DNA of 38,469 bases, from the NCBI GenBank assembly GCA_020051075.1, contig JAGVJP010000058.1:1-38469 (forward strand). Reading direction: 5' to 3'. This document shows positions 36,822 to 38,469 of this stretch, piece by piece; within the stretch, counting starts at the first letter, position 1; each line of letters starts with the position of its first letter. Origin of the DNA: Parachlamydiales bacterium (GTDB lineage Bacteria > Chlamydiota > Chlamydiia > Chlamydiales > Parachlamydiaceae). A program made the translations under genes and the position numbers. Under the pieces are notes generated by a model. The model was given only the letters and a program-made list of their open reading frames with translations, did not search any database and had not been told where the DNA came from.

Positions 36822-38276
36822 CTACAGACACAACTTGATGTTTTCTGCATCGAAAATGGCTTGGAACTCTTGTTTGATCGCCTCAAGATCATCAGAGGAG
36901 TCTCCTTCAAACCGCATACTAATCAACGGCTCAGTGTTGGAAGCGCGAACGATCCCCCACCCATTAGGCAAGTGCACACGCAATCCATCGATAGTGATCA
37001 ACTCGCAGTCCGAACGATGAGCAAAGTGTTCAGTTAACGCATGAACAACTTCAAAGCACACTTCTCTTGGACAGGGCAGACGATACGTCGGCGACGAACA
37101 GACTGCTGGAATATCGGTAAGCAGCTGATCCAAGCTTAAACCAGTCCGATCGAATAATTCGAAGAGGCGCAACAAACTGTAAAAGCCATCATCATACCCA
37201 TAATACCGGTCTTTAAAGATGGTATGGCAACTCATCTCTCCACCGACCCAAGCCCCCGTTTCTGCCATTTTCTTCTTTACATTGGCAACACCCGTCTGAG
37301 AGAGTATTGGCACCCCGCCCCACTGCTTGACGATTTGTAGAAGGGATTTAGAGCTGGAAATATCGAAAACAACCGCACTGCCAGGAAATCGTTCAAGGAT
37401 CAGCCTGCTCTGCAAAGCCAACAACAGATCTCCTTTGATCAGCCTTCCTTGGCTTGTCATGGGTGCCATCCGGTCGCCATCGCCATCGAATCCTAATCCC
37501 AGTTCAGCATTGGCATGGATGACCGTTTTCTTTAAATCAGCCATATAGCTCTCTACGGTCGGGTCTGCGATGTGGTTAGGATAGGTGCCATCCACTTCAG
37601 GATACAGCAACATCACTCCTTCCCATTGCATTCTCTCCAGCAATAACGGCATCACTGTCCCAGCCGCCCCATTCCCACAATCGACGACGGCCCGAATCCC
37701 CATCCCTTTAAGATGCGAGAACTGATTTGTCAGAAAATCAAGATAGTAAGAAATCATATCTTCTTCACCATAGGACCCACGCTCTAAAACTTCTGTTGCA
37801 GCCCTCTTATCGGGGTTAAAGTAGAGAGAACGAACTCGCTTGATGTCATTGCCCGACAGAAGATGTTTTCCTAAACACATTTTGACTCCGTTATACTCTC
37901 CAGGATTATGAGATGCAGTGATCATGATGCCTGCATCTAACCCAAAATGATGAAGAGCAAAGTAGAGTACAGGTGTCGGACATGTTCCAATATCAATGAT
38001 ATCGAAACCATTTGAGCGCAATCCTTCAATCATCTGCTCTTTAATCGCAGGTGAATGGACCCTCCCATCAGCACCGACGGCAACCTTCTTCACCATGACA
38101 CCCGATTCGTTATAAAAGGATGCTATCGCACACCCAATCTGATAGGTATCTTGAATCGTGAACTCTTTTCCGACAATGCCACGGATGTCATATTCTTTAA
38201 AAATCGCTTCATCAGCTACAGAGAAAAGCATATACGGGCAAATGATGAAGAAAATAAATAACCAATACCGGCTCAT
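36822..38276 (-). CDS. Phosphomannomutase/phosphoglucomutase with a hydrophobic N-terminal extension
   Basis: IFKEYDIRG, TASHNP, DGDGDR, GEMSCH and VRASNTEP motifs; GAGGAGG RBS. Confidence 0.95.
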   Translation of the reverse strand: MSRYWLFIFFIICPYMLFSVADEAIFKEYDIRGIVGKEFTIQDTYQIGCAIASFYNESGVMVKKVAVGADGRVHSPAIKEQMIEGLRSNGFDIIDIGTCPTPVLYFALHHFGLDAGIMITASHNPGEYNGVKMCLGKHLLSGNDIKRVRSLYFNPDKRAATEVLERGSYGEEDMISYYLDFLTNQFSHLKGMGIRAVVDCGNGAAGTVMPLLLERMQWEGVMLLYPEVDGTYPNHIADPTVESYMADLKKTVIHANAELGLGFDGDGDRMAPMTSQGRLIKGDLLLALQSRLILERFPGSAVVFDISSSKSLLQIVKQWGGVPILSQTGVANVKKKMAETGAWVGGEMSCHTIFKDRYYGYDDGFYSLLRLFELFDRTGLSLDQLLTDIPAVCSSPTYRLPCPREVCFEVVHALTEHFAHRSDCELITIDGLRVHLPNGWGIVRASNTEPLISMRFEGDSSDDLEAIKQEFQAIFDAENIKLCL

Positions 38277-38469
38277 TGGACCTCCTCAAATAAGTAAAAG
38301 AGAGAACAATTACCTAAGCTGGAAATAATGTCCAGAAAAGATCCTTCAAAATGTTCTCCCCCATCCTTCTCATCCCATACGCATCAGTTGCTATGCTGGA
38401 TTTCGAGTCGATCTTATAAAGATCTTTCTTGAAAAAGAGCGAACACTCCAATTAATGTGTTTATTCACA

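Overview
This is a 38.5-kb chromosomal window from an environmental Chlamydiae (Parachlamydiales-like) genome. The assignment rests on gene content and order recalled from chlamydial genomes: lptF/lptG-tilS, CT296-like-rnc-radA-hemC, sodA-accD-dut-ptsN-ptsN, clpC, hemY-hemE and tkt. Most of it is housekeeping DNA plus one tRNA-Ser(TGA). Single accessory genes are slotted between the core genes: an Rpn/PD-(D/E)XK nuclease, an AAA+/DUF4143 ATPase-nuclease with a short upstream repeat array, a membrane-anchored atypical kinase, a protein with a duplicated domain and Pro-rich tandem repeats, and two orphan effector-like genes. I see no prophage, CRISPR array, IS element or multi-gene defence island. 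The most distinctive non-coding signal is a dispersed family of ~9-bp-periodic palindromic repeats (CAGGAT-N3 and GTCC-N5 units). One copy forms a ~260-nt nested hairpin, and others appear to supply the C-terminal tails of TilS and ClpC. Other oddities are a frameshifted clpC (A6 run, possibly an assembly error), a phosphohexomutase with a signal-peptide-like N-terminus, a degenerate CX5R-like motif in a conserved hypothetical protein, and two candidate structured RNAs. All calls come from reading the sequence by eye; no searches were run.
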